Assembly: GCA_038319065.1 (NCBI GenBank) | Contig: JBBQCU010000001.1 | Span: 1 to 32,686, forward strand | Direction: 5' to 3' | Length of the DNA stretch: 32,686 nucleotides | DNA from: Methylococcales bacterium | GTDB lineage: Bacteria > Pseudomonadota > Gammaproteobacteria > Methylococcales > Methylomonadaceae | Part shown: positions 8,414 through 18,400 of the stretch, in pieces | How the letters are laid out: each line of letters starts with the position of its first letter | How positions within the stretch are numbered: the first letter of the stretch is position 1 | The notes under the pieces: generated by a model | What the model was told of the DNA's origin: nothing | What the model saw: the letters and a program-made list of their open reading frames with translations, nothing else | The model's database searches: none | Made by a program: the position numbers and the translations under genes

Positions 8414-8429
8414 TTATAACCAAGTTATG
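8414..8429. promoter_or_regulatory. candidate XRE operator, copy 2
   Basis: TTATAACCAAGTTATG between the two divergent XRE genes. Confidence 0.45.
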
Positions 8430-8536
8430 CCTAAGTGCTAGTTTTTCTTTCAGGATATCGCTATATTCAGCTATGTCAATAATGTTCATGTCTGAAGTTG
8501 TTGACATCGTGATTAATAGACCGAGAGGTTAGACAG

Positions 8537-9655
8537 ATGGCATCACAAAAGAAAGAACAGGTTCCCTATAAGCAACTAGGCGATGCCTTATTGCGTATGA
8601 TCGGCAATAAAACGCAGTCGTGGGTAGCTGGTTTGCTTGGCGTTACACAAGAGGCAGTAAGCCTGTGGTGCAGCGGCAAAAAACAGCCTTCACTCTTTTA
8701 TCTCATTGAACTGGCCTATCAGTTTAACGAAGAGCCAGGCGTCCTTGCACAATTGGCAGGGTATGATCCCCAAATGGCAAGACAACTTTATGCACAACGA
8801 TTTGTCTCTTTCTTCGATTTGGAGTATCTCAAAAGCCAGGAAAAGTATATTTATCAGGCAAGAATCGGTGGGAATCCCCAACTTGCTCAAGAGATGGCAG
8901 AAGCTTTCTCTGCACTCATCAACCGAAAGGGAGGCCAGATTGCTCATGCTAAATTTTTTCCAGAAATTGAGAAAATCCAGGCGCGGATATGGGTAGAGCA
9001 GGCCATTGCTTTCCGAGAAACGTGCCAAGCGAATCAAGTCGACCAGGCCCTAAGGTTTGCTAATGGTATCAAAACGATCGGACAGAAGTATGGTGATTAT
9101 GAAATCATTGCTCTTGGCAATGCCTGTGCCACCGATACGCATTACATTAGCAAGCGCTGGCGAAACGCGATATATGAAGCCAGCGAGGGTAAAAAATTGT
9201 ACGACGGTGGGCAAGAAAAAGACTTTGACAATATTCTCTTGATGCTCCGGACAGAGGTCATGTCCCACGCTTTACTTCGGCAAGCGGATGAATTCAAACG
9301 CGCTGCGGCTAAGGCCATCAAACGAGTTCAGCATGGGCAATTTATCCATACCGAAGTTGTCTGTACACTGCTTGAAGGCATCAGTACGGGACAAGGAATT
9401 CTCCGCCTTAAAGATGCGCCGGAAACGCTCAACAAAGCGCGTGACTTCCTCTCTCAGACGCAAAAAGAACATACTCAAAAGCCGACTTTTCGTTATATTC
9501 AGATTGCTCGCAGTGGGTTGCAATCTGCCCTCCATCTTGGGATGGACACCGGTCCTTATGTGAAGGTGGCAGAGGAAGCACTTAGGCTTGCGCAGGAGCA
9601 TAAATATCTCCGCTATGTCGATCAACTGAATACCTTATTGAGAAAAGTAGGTTAA
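8537..9655 (+). CDS. XRE-family HTH regulator with a TPR-like helical C-terminal domain
   Basis: GAGAGG SD; TQSWVAGLLGVTQEAVSLWCSGKKQP HTH followed by ~280 aa of A/L-rich helical repeats. Confidence 0.8.
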   Translation: MASQKKEQVPYKQLGDALLRMIGNKTQSWVAGLLGVTQEAVSLWCSGKKQPSLFYLIELAYQFNEEPGVLAQLAGYDPQMARQLYAQRFVSFFDLEYLKSQEKYIYQARIGGNPQLAQEMAEAFSALINRKGGQIAHAKFFPEIEKIQARIWVEQAIAFRETCQANQVDQALRFANGIKTIGQKYGDYEIIALGNACATDTHYISKRWRNAIYEASEGKKLYDGGQEKDFDNILLMLRTEVMSHALLRQADEFKRAAAKAIKRVQHGQFIHTEVVCTLLEGISTGQGILRLKDAPETLNKARDFLSQTQKEHTQKPTFRYIQIARSGLQSALHLGMDTGPYVKVAEEALRLAQEHKYLRYVDQLNTLLRKVG

Positions 9656-9862
9656 GCCTAGAGTTAATTTCGATTAGTTAGCAAACCATGATACTACCCA
9701 TGCCGGAGCCACAACAGGATGTATCTAGGCGAAGAGATTAGTATGTTCTTCATCATAATCCGTAAGGATAAGAACTAGATATCGCTAAAGTTACTCATCG
9801 GCAAATTAGATATGGCGTTTTGTAGGTATTTCGATAGATATGTGAGATTAAAAGGAGAGAAA

Positions 9863-10351
9863 ATGCGCAATCTGTATCAGAGGATTTTCAGCTTACGTCG
9901 TTCACGAGCAGTACAAGTGGTTAGTTCCGTAGCATTGGCATTAGTAATTGCTTTGGCCGCAGCCGTGGCCCCTGTGCCTGTGCAGGCTGGCGGTCCTACA
10001 AAGGGTTGGAGTACCGGCATGTTTACAGTGTCACTTAATTACGGCCAAAATGGGTGCACTCTGTTTAACGGGCTGGACTCGTTTCAACACTGCCGTATTG
10101 TTGGCGTGACGTTACCGTTTCGTGCCGAAGCTGATGGTAGGGGAAATACGCAGTTGTCGTGCCCTACTGTAGACCCTGTATCCCAAAGATGTTATTACAT
10201 TACATACAACGGGCAAAAGTACAATCTGAGCTATCGGAATATTACTGGCGCTAGCAGTTCAGATTATTTTTGGGGTGTTTCAACATTATGGCTTAACTGG
10301 GGGCCTAATAGTGCATGGCGGTTCAATCTCGTAGACGGAACCAAATGGTAG
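9863..10351 (+). CDS. secreted beta-rich protein
   Basis: AAAGGAG SD before ATG 9863. Basic N-region, hydrophobic core and PVQA cleavage site; four Cys in the mature part. Confidence 0.8.
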   Translation: MRNLYQRIFSLRRSRAVQVVSSVALALVIALAAAVAPVPVQAGGPTKGWSTGMFTVSLNYGQNGCTLFNGLDSFQHCRIVGVTLPFRAEADGRGNTQLSCPTVDPVSQRCYYITYNGQKYNLSYRNITGASSSDYFWGVSTLWLNWGPNSAWRFNLVDGTKW

Positions 10352-10357
10352 TTAACT

Positions 10358-10395
10358 AAATACGCCAGAGAGTGTATATACTCTCTGGCGTATTT
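10358..10395. terminator. bidirectional intrinsic terminator
   Basis: 16-bp stem AAATACGCCAGAGAGT / ACTCTCTGGCGTATTT between convergent genes. Confidence 0.8.
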
Positions 10396-10436
10396 CAATG
10401 TTCACACCACGTTACAAATGTCGAAACACAACAGCA

Positions 10437-10934
10437 TTATTTTACCAGCTCAATAGAATCAATATAAAGTTCTTGGTCGCCTATATTTCCAATAGTTGAA
10501 AAAATTGAAGTGCGAGGACTGCTAATTGCTCTACACCACTTCCCTCCTATTGATGGATTTATACATTGTTGAGGAGCACCATCACCCCAAACATTTTTCA
10601 TGTTAACATGTACAGTTCTTCCTATGTATAGAGTTAAATTAACAGGGGCATACATAATAATCATTTGTGACTGATAGATTGGGTTTTTTTGCGAGAGCGG
10701 AGATACCTGTTCAAGAGTATAATAGTTTTCAGCTTTTTTATCATCATTTATAGGAAATAAGGTTGATATACGGAATATTGTTTTCTCGCTCTGATCAAAA
10801 GGAAGTGGTAGTAGTCTACAGCATTCAGCAAAGTATATGAACAGGTAAAACAATAACACGCAAATCATAGTTACGCTGAATACACCCACCCAAAAAATGA
10901 TTCTTTTTGGGTATGATGATAATGATTTATACAT
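10437..10934 (-). CDS. membrane-anchored hypothetical protein
   Basis: N-terminal TM helix; AT-rich 165-aa ORF ending near the terminator. Confidence 0.6.
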   Translation of the reverse strand: MYKSLSSYPKRIIFWVGVFSVTMICVLLFYLFIYFAECCRLLPLPFDQSEKTIFRISTLFPINDDKKAENYYTLEQVSPLSQKNPIYQSQMIIMYAPVNLTLYIGRTVHVNMKNVWGDGAPQQCINPSIGGKWCRAISSPRTSIFSTIGNIGDQELYIDSIELVK

Positions 10935-11129
10935 ATTTTATAATTTTATCATAATCTCCAGTTGCTAGATACTTGTTTGTGTATTACTTTTAATCTCCTT
11001 TAAATGAGAAACCAGCTAAGGGATGGCAGCAGTTTTTTCGTCAAATTCTTGCGTAGATATGATTAGCTTTGTCTTTCTGTACAAAAAACACACCCGACTT
11101 CTGCTACTTGCAGTCCTTGTTCCTGTCAC

Positions 11130-11834
11130 TTACTTTTTCATCTGCTTCTTCTCTCGTTTCTTAATCATCTCTTTTATCGCTCTATCAGTTTCTTCAGATT
11201 GCTTTAAAAATTCTTCACCAAACAGATGCCGTATAACTTCACGGGTTTCCTCCTGTTCTTTTTGTAACGCTTCTTTGTTCTCTACAAGCCATCTGTCAAA
11301 GCTTGCCTGATCTTCCCTCTCCATTTGTTTAAAGGCCCTATCACCAATACGAGTTCCTATCAAATTAAGCTCACCTGCTTCGTGCAATCGTTTGTATATC
11401 GTTTCTGTACTTACCCCAAATTGTTTGGCGATTTCTGCCGTAGATATATGTTGGTCTCGATATAATGCGACAATTTTGTTTATTGATAAATCAATGTGTT
11501 TTGGCGCTCCACCGACAATCGGTGGAATATAGCCAGTCTGTTCAAACTGTTCCCGTCGTTTTGCTCTAATTTTCTCTGTATCAATTGTTACTGACTGCCC
11601 TGCTAGCAACCATTGGTTGCTCTCTAAAACTGGGGGTATTGGCTTAGGCGCTAAACCTAAGACAGCCCTCGCATGTGGTTTAGCTGCTTCCAGATATCGA
11701 TTGAGGATCAAAGCGGCTTCTACAAGCGGTGATTGTTGAGGAGATTCTAATGGCGAATCAGTAATGCTCCCACCTGTTTTATTATCAGAGGTAAAATCAA
11801 TGGGTGGCTGTAATTTATGCTCAGGAGATGGCAT
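11130..11834 (-). CDS. HTH domain protein with a charged coiled-coil tail
   Basis: IVALYRDQHISTAEIAKQFGVSTETIYKRLHEAG resolvase/Fis-type HTH. Confidence 0.7.
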   Translation of the reverse strand: MPSPEHKLQPPIDFTSDNKTGGSITDSPLESPQQSPLVEAALILNRYLEAAKPHARAVLGLAPKPIPPVLESNQWLLAGQSVTIDTEKIRAKRREQFEQTGYIPPIVGGAPKHIDLSINKIVALYRDQHISTAEIAKQFGVSTETIYKRLHEAGELNLIGTRIGDRAFKQMEREDQASFDRWLVENKEALQKEQEETREVIRHLFGEEFLKQSEETDRAIKEMIKKREKKQMKK

Positions 11835-11934
11835 ATAATGCCCGTCTTTTGGGCTTCTATAAAATTAATAATGGACTATATAGTAGAAATATTATAGCAA
11901 ACATCTATTTTAGACATTCGTATAAAATTTTCCC

Positions 11935-13443
11935 CTATTGCCAAAACTCCTCCTCATTTTCTCCTGATACAGACTGCGACTCCTGAATGTAGAGGGGAAC
12001 CCCATGCCGTTTTGCTCGGCTGATAATCTCCTGCTCAATCGTTGTACATGGCTTCCCGACTGCTTTGGCTAATGCTTTTTTTACACTCTCAAGCTGTTGG
12101 GCACCCAGATGTGAAGACGGCACTTTCGGAACTCGTAACCGGTAAACTCGTTCCCTGTCAGGCAGCTTCACCAAAACACGGCGCCGGCGTAACCGTTGAA
12201 TCGCCTGCGTAAAAATCTCGTATTGCTCAAGTAAGGGGTCAAAAACTGGATGCGTGCGGTCGTGAGCTTCTGTATCAGCCACCTCATGCTTGATAGACTG
12301 CGGATTAGGCATAAACAATTCTTTGACAATAGATTCCGCAGTCTGACGCCCTGTACCAAACACAATTTTTAGCTTGGCATTTTCTAAAGCACCTTGAATG
12401 CGTGCCCCCGGTAGTTGCGTAACTGTCTGATGTGCCAAGCCTAAATGCAAGCGGTACTTTCTGCATTCAGAAAGAATACGCGCCAGACTCGTCTGATCAC
12501 GAGAGCAGAATAAGGGGAACTCGTCTATCATGCAGAAGAAGGGTTTACGTAGTGAGGCGGGCTGATTGCTGCGTGAGAAGGCAGCCTGTTCTAAACTGGT
12601 GAGAAATAAACTGCCTAATAAACGTTGTGTTTCTTCATCACGAAAACAACCCAAATTAATAATGAGGATCTTGCCACTATCAATAATTGAGCGAAAATCC
12701 AGCTTATTTTCGTTAGCGCCTAACATATAGCGGACCTGTGGTTTAAATAAAAATGCGGAGATTTTATTCAAGACTGGTGATATAAATATGGGTTGTTCAC
12801 GCGGTCCCCATCTATCGAATTGGTGCGTAAAGAACGAAGCAACTAACGGATCTTTTACGTGATTCAGCATGCGCATTCGGAATTCTTTGTCAGTTAATAA
12901 TGGCTCCAGTTCCAACAACGTCAATTGATTGGCAATCAATACCAACACCGCATTGCGCAAAATCTGAGCAAATCGTGGCGCTTCAGCTAATGAATCTGGC
13001 CATACTCTTCGGAACGATTCCACGACATTTTCCGCAATTTCATAGGGTGAACTAACCGTGCTACGGAGAACATTGCACGGAATTATGTAATCGGTACGAC
13101 TTGGATCAAGATAGATAATTCGCTGCTGATTGAATGGATAGGATAACCACGGTTTTGGTTTTGGGTGAGCCGCTAATTGGGCTAATAAATCACTGGCTAA
13201 ATCAGAATGCGGATCAAATACACCACACCCCCAGCCTTTCGTACTCAGTTCAAATAACACATGTTGCAGAAATTTTGATTTACCCTGACCACTCGCTCCA
13301 ACTACATACAGATGGCTTGAGAATCGTTTCAAACTTAAATAGATGGGTAACAGGCCAAAGAAATCACGAGTGCCGATTTGTAACTTAGCATTCGGTGGAT
13401 CAAAGAAGGTTTTGAGGTCGTTCAGCCATGTCCATTGGTCCAT
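11935..13443 (-). CDS. second VirD4/TraD-like ATPase
   Basis: HLYVVGASGQGKS Walker A, VFDPHSDL, CMIDEF Walker B, ECRKYRLHLGLAHQTVTQL. No TM segment. Confidence 0.88.
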   Translation of the reverse strand: MDQWTWLNDLKTFFDPPNAKLQIGTRDFFGLLPIYLSLKRFSSHLYVVGASGQGKSKFLQHVLFELSTKGWGCGVFDPHSDLASDLLAQLAAHPKPKPWLSYPFNQQRIIYLDPSRTDYIIPCNVLRSTVSSPYEIAENVVESFRRVWPDSLAEAPRFAQILRNAVLVLIANQLTLLELEPLLTDKEFRMRMLNHVKDPLVASFFTHQFDRWGPREQPIFISPVLNKISAFLFKPQVRYMLGANENKLDFRSIIDSGKILIINLGCFRDEETQRLLGSLFLTSLEQAAFSRSNQPASLRKPFFCMIDEFPLFCSRDQTSLARILSECRKYRLHLGLAHQTVTQLPGARIQGALENAKLKIVFGTGRQTAESIVKELFMPNPQSIKHEVADTEAHDRTHPVFDPLLEQYEIFTQAIQRLRRRRVLVKLPDRERVYRLRVPKVPSSHLGAQQLESVKKALAKAVGKPCTTIEQEIISRAKRHGVPLYIQESQSVSGENEEEFWQ

Positions 13444-13746
13444 TCATTCATTGTACAGATACCGCACTTATGAAGGGTGTAATAAATCGGTAAGATAATG
13501 GTAAATGGCCGAAAAATGCCTCAAAGACGAGTTCTATCATTGAAACGGCGAAAGATACGTTATATCCTGTTCCCATCGCTTCTAACTCTAGAATTTGAGG
13601 CTTCATCGGGATTGTAGCGCGCGTTTTAAGCATAAAATGCTGATAAAATAAAAATTCTCTCGATTGCGGTTATGAGGAATCTCCCATTCGAGGCTTTGGC
13701 CATGTCCATATGTGCATCAGTGGCTCGCTTATTGCGGAGATGAGGA

Positions 13747-15129
13747 TTAAGGCAGGAACGATTGTAATTGCCCAAATATGCGCTCAATTTCTAGACTGCG
13801 ATCCGTGATAATACGATTGAGATAGGTGAAATAGCCCTGACGATGTTGGGCTAAACGATAAATACGCTGGATCAATTGCTGATAAAACTTTCTGCCTTCT
13901 CGACGAATAATTTCCTGCTCTAGATAATAAATATCTTCCCATATCTGCCGATTACTCGGGTGATTATCATAGGGATAAATACACAGTTTCGCCGTAAATA
14001 TCTCTAGGGCACGGGCCTCATTGCCTTGGGTATATTCCAACTCACCTAAAATCGTTAACGAGTCGCCGATCCCTTTCGCATATTTGGCCTGAGCCCACCC
14101 GTGCAAGGCCATCTCGGCCTTGCGCTTGGCACGCTTGAATTCATCGTTTTCCAAGAGGATCTTCGCTTCCTCCACCTCAATATTAAGCAGAGCGATTGAG
14201 CCACCGAACGAGCCATTATTAAAGATTTGGCGGGCTTTGGCACGTAGGCTGCGGGCCGCTTGCCAATCTCCCTGCTTGTGGAGAACTTGCGCCGTGCGGA
14301 AGTGTTCAAAGGCTTGATTCGTTTCATTGCCCCACCGCTGATCGATCTGATTGGCCTGCGCAAAGCAGTCTACCGCTCGCTGGAAGAGTTGTGCATTCGG
14401 TAAGGCGCTCTGACCGAGACAGCCTAGATCATAATAAATGCGGCCTAAAAAATGCGGATGCTGAAAACGCTCAATGCCCGCCTCCTCACCGAGCTTAATC
14501 CGCGCGCGGTCCCACTGCGCGGCTGGGCCATAGTTACCTTGATAATAGGCTACCCACGTATGAATCCGATACAATTCTGCCTTTGTATTGGGGTCCATCA
14601 CCGCACCATACGTTTGTTGTACGCGCTCTGCCTCGGTCTGCGCTTGATGCAAATCGCCCAGGTTGATAAAGATTTGCGCAATCATGCATCCGGCTAACGC
14701 AGCTTGGCTGGAACCGGCACCGAATATCTCCTCCGCGGTCCGAAAGAGCGCGATGGCTTCTGCATAGACCTTATGGTCATATTGAGTAAGACCGGCAAGC
14801 ATCAAACGACTCCCGATTTCATACGGTGAAGCGTGCTTGTCCGTCATCAGCATCGTATCGTTACTGAAGGCCAAAGCCAGCGGCAATAAACCCGTGGCTA
14901 CAATAAACGTTTTGCGTTCAATGGCAGACAACGTGTGTTGCAGCACACTATACAACTTTACAGCCGAACCGGCTTCTAAGGTGGTTTCACCCTTCAAAAA
15001 GCGAGAGAGGACGCTAGGCTGAAGCCCGGCTTCGCGAGCTAAATTCCGGAGACTACGCGTATGGGCGGTTAACCAGTCGCGGATAATCTGCCGGGCTTGC
15101 TCTTCAAGGGGTTGATTTAGCTCGCTCAT
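13747..15129 (-). CDS. XRE HTH - TPR regulator
   Basis: GAGGTG SD; SLRNLAREAGLQPSVLSRFLKGE HTH followed by several TPR-like repeats (e.g. IGDSLTILGELEYTQGNEARALEIF). Confidence 0.85.
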   Translation of the reverse strand: MSELNQPLEEQARQIIRDWLTAHTRSLRNLAREAGLQPSVLSRFLKGETTLEAGSAVKLYSVLQHTLSAIERKTFIVATGLLPLALAFSNDTMLMTDKHASPYEIGSRLMLAGLTQYDHKVYAEAIALFRTAEEIFGAGSSQAALAGCMIAQIFINLGDLHQAQTEAERVQQTYGAVMDPNTKAELYRIHTWVAYYQGNYGPAAQWDRARIKLGEEAGIERFQHPHFLGRIYYDLGCLGQSALPNAQLFQRAVDCFAQANQIDQRWGNETNQAFEHFRTAQVLHKQGDWQAARSLRAKARQIFNNGSFGGSIALLNIEVEEAKILLENDEFKRAKRKAEMALHGWAQAKYAKGIGDSLTILGELEYTQGNEARALEIFTAKLCIYPYDNHPSNRQIWEDIYYLEQEIIRREGRKFYQQLIQRIYRLAQHRQGYFTYLNRIITDRSLEIERIFGQLQSFLP

Positions 15130-15167
15130 CGGATCACCTCATCCCACTATCCAGAAGGTCAACAAGG

Positions 15168-15184
15168 TGTTGCTCAAAGCAACA
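15168..15184. promoter_or_regulatory. palindromic operator upstream of the HTH-TPR gene
   Basis: TGTTGCT-CAA-AGCAACA, identical at 32408..32424 upstream of the paralog. Confidence 0.7.
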
Positions 15185-15459
15185 GCAGCCTATTGCAAAG
15201 CGGAGACGCATACATTATTCTTCTAGAATAGTATACTACCAATCACCGAAATTCATATAAATCAGGAAAAACGCCGGGTACTGTTCCCTCTAACTCATCT
15301 GATTGAAAGATATTCCCAGATTATAGAATATAGCAATCCCACGTGAATTCCGAAATCGATAACTTGTGGCAAGGTGGTATTCAGTTACAAGTATTTCGCA
15401 TTTCTAGTCGGATTGCTATAGCTATAAGTACTTTGTGTAGCTTTGTTAAAGGACTTACT

Positions 15460-18400
15460 ATGAACAGTCGTTTATTCGTCTTTCGGTTAGGTATTCTTGT
15501 TCTCATTTTGACTGCGCTGCTGGCTTTCAGTTTAGTCGTTCAGGGATCACAGCAATTTAGTTCTTCGAGCTTAACGAGCAATGAGGACAGGGGCGTTACC
15601 GCAAATTCTACCCCACTTGCGTTCTCCTGCAACAACGTGACAGAGATACCCAAGATAGAATGCAATGCACTCGTTGCACTTTACAATAGTACGAATGGTA
15701 CAAACTGGACAAATCATGCGGGTTGGTTGACGACAAGCACGCCCTGTAGTTGGTATAGTGTAACTTGCAATACAAGACATATTACAGAACTTTTTCTATA
15801 TAATAATAACCTCAATGGCATTATTCCCTTAGAGTTGAGTAATTTGCCTTCATTACAAAAGCTCAATTTGTCGTTTAATGGACTGAATGGAAATATTCCT
15901 GCACAGTTAGGAAACTTCAATAATTTACTTGAACTCACATTGGCCTTCAACCAACTAAGTGGCAGTATCCCTGTAGAACTGAGCAATCTTAGTAGTTTGG
16001 CATATCTTGATCTCACTGGTAATCAATTGAGTGGTAACCTCCCATCAGGGCTAGGTAATTTAAACGCATTATCAACTCTTCTTTTGAGTAGAAATCAGTT
16101 GAGCGGCAGCGCTCCATCTGAATTAGGCAACCTAGTTAACCTCCAATACCTCTATCTAGACAATAATCTATTTGATGGTGCATTGCCAGAAAATTTAGTC
16201 AATCTGACCAGTCTCGCCTACTTCTGGTTCCAAAACACCAACCTGTGCGAGCCAGAGGATCCTACCTTTCAGACCTGGTTAGACAGTATTTTCGAGTTAA
16301 ATCGTACCGGTGTGATCTGTGCAGCACCACCATCTGCTGAATTTGATGCCTGGCCACAGAATGGCAACGCACCTCTCACTGTTTCGATGCATATTGTTTC
16401 TACGGCAAATATCAACAATTGTGCATGGGAGTATGGCGATGGGCAAACCGGTAATTCATGCACTGCCTACCACGACCACATCTATACCTCTGCGGGAACT
16501 TACACCATTAAACTGACTGTATCTGGCCCTGGAGGCTCAAATACCATGACCAGAAACAACGATATCGTTGTTTCTGCGTCACCAGTCAACACACCACCAG
16601 TAGCTAACAATCAGAATGTTACCACGGCGCAAAACACTGTGGCGAATATCACACTCACTGCGTTGGACGCCGATAATGATCCTTTGAGCTACCTGATCGT
16701 GAGCTCTCCCAGTCATGGCGCATTCAGCAGTGTAGCTTCTAATGTTATTTATATGCCTGCGAGTGGGTTCAGTGGCATTGACAGTTTTATGTTTAAGGTC
16801 AATGATGGCAAGACCGATTCCAATATTGCGATCGTCAACATCACCATCACGTCACAGACCCCTTGTTACACGTTGACAACTAGCGTCAGTCCTGGTAATG
16901 GAGGAACTGTAGCTACGACGCCTTCTTCCAATTGTCAGGGTAACAAGTATATGCAAAGTACTGGGGTCTTGTTGTCTGCCACAGCAAACCCTGGTTATAT
17001 ATTCAGTCATTGGAGTGGATCAGTCAGCAGCAACGCAAATCCATTAACTGTAGCGATGGATGCAGATAAGAATATCACGGCTAACTTCGACCTGATAGCC
17101 TCAACCAGTACATCTACACCAGCACCCAATGCGACCAGTACAACAACACCTGTGTCGCCTATCAACACGCCACCTGTGGCTAACAACCAAAGCGTCACCC
17201 CAGCACAGAACACCGCTAAAAGTATCACACTCACCGCAACGGACGCCAACAATGATCCGTTGACCTACATTGTCGTGAGTAATCCCAGCCACGGTGCATT
17301 GAGTGGCACACCACCCAATCTTCTTTATACACCCACTGGAGATTTCAACGGCGCTGACAGTTTTACCTTCAAAGTCAACGACGGTCAGGCCGACTCCAAC
17401 ATCGCGACCGTCAATATCGCGGTAACACCTTCTCAGCCGACAACTACAGCGACTTATCTTCCATTGATTGCAAGAGAGAACGTGGTAGAGACCATCGATG
17501 ATCTGTTTGCTATCGTAGGAGAGCGGGCACCAGGATTCGGGGGCATGTACGTCGATGATGAGCAGGACATTCTGTACGTATATATGCAGGGTGGAAATTT
17601 AGAAGCAGCAGTGGTGGCGCTCCGGGATGTCTTTGGAAATGAGAACCTACCAAGCAACGTGCAGGTGCTTCAAGCACAGTTCAGCTTCTTACAGCTCAAG
17701 CAATGGCATGACCGCATGGCGGAGCATGTGTTCGCAATTCCCGGCGTGCTCCAGACGGATATTGATGACGCCAAGAACTTGCTTTCGGTGGGAGTGGAAA
17801 ATCAGGAGGCGAGAGACCAGGTAAAGAAGAAGTTGACCGAGTTAGATATCCCAACAACAGCGGTTAACATAGAGGATGTCGCACCCATCAAACCCGACCA
17901 AAGCATCACGGATTTCCACCGGCTAGGAACCAATATAAAAAATACCGCACCCAACGAATTTAACCAAAGCATCACAGGTTTCCACCGGCCACTAGTAGGC
18001 GGGCTGCAAATCCAAACATTCTTCGACCCAGTAAATGGTGAAACTTGCACCCTTGGCTTCATCGCTATCCGTCATGGCGTCCGTGGTTTCGTAACCAACT
18101 CTCATTGTAGCACCACGCTAGCTGGTGTCGACCAGAACGTCTATTACCAGCCTACTGTAATCGAGGGTGGTGAAATCCAAGACAACAACCAAATCGGCAT
18201 AGAAACTGTCGATCCGAATGGCAGCGACTGCTTCAAAATTTTTAAGTGTCGTCGCAGCGACAGTCTATTTGGAAAGCTTCAGGCAGCTCCTTACCCTGAT
18301 GAGGAGATTCCAGCCAATCTAGGATTCATTGCTCTACCTACCCTCAACTCATTAGCATGGGATGGGGTAAGTAGCTTCCGTATTATACGGGAAGCCCCAT

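Noticed and set aside
13448-13633. 61-aa ORF as a signalling-peptide gene
   Set aside because: No SD and no signal-peptide pattern.
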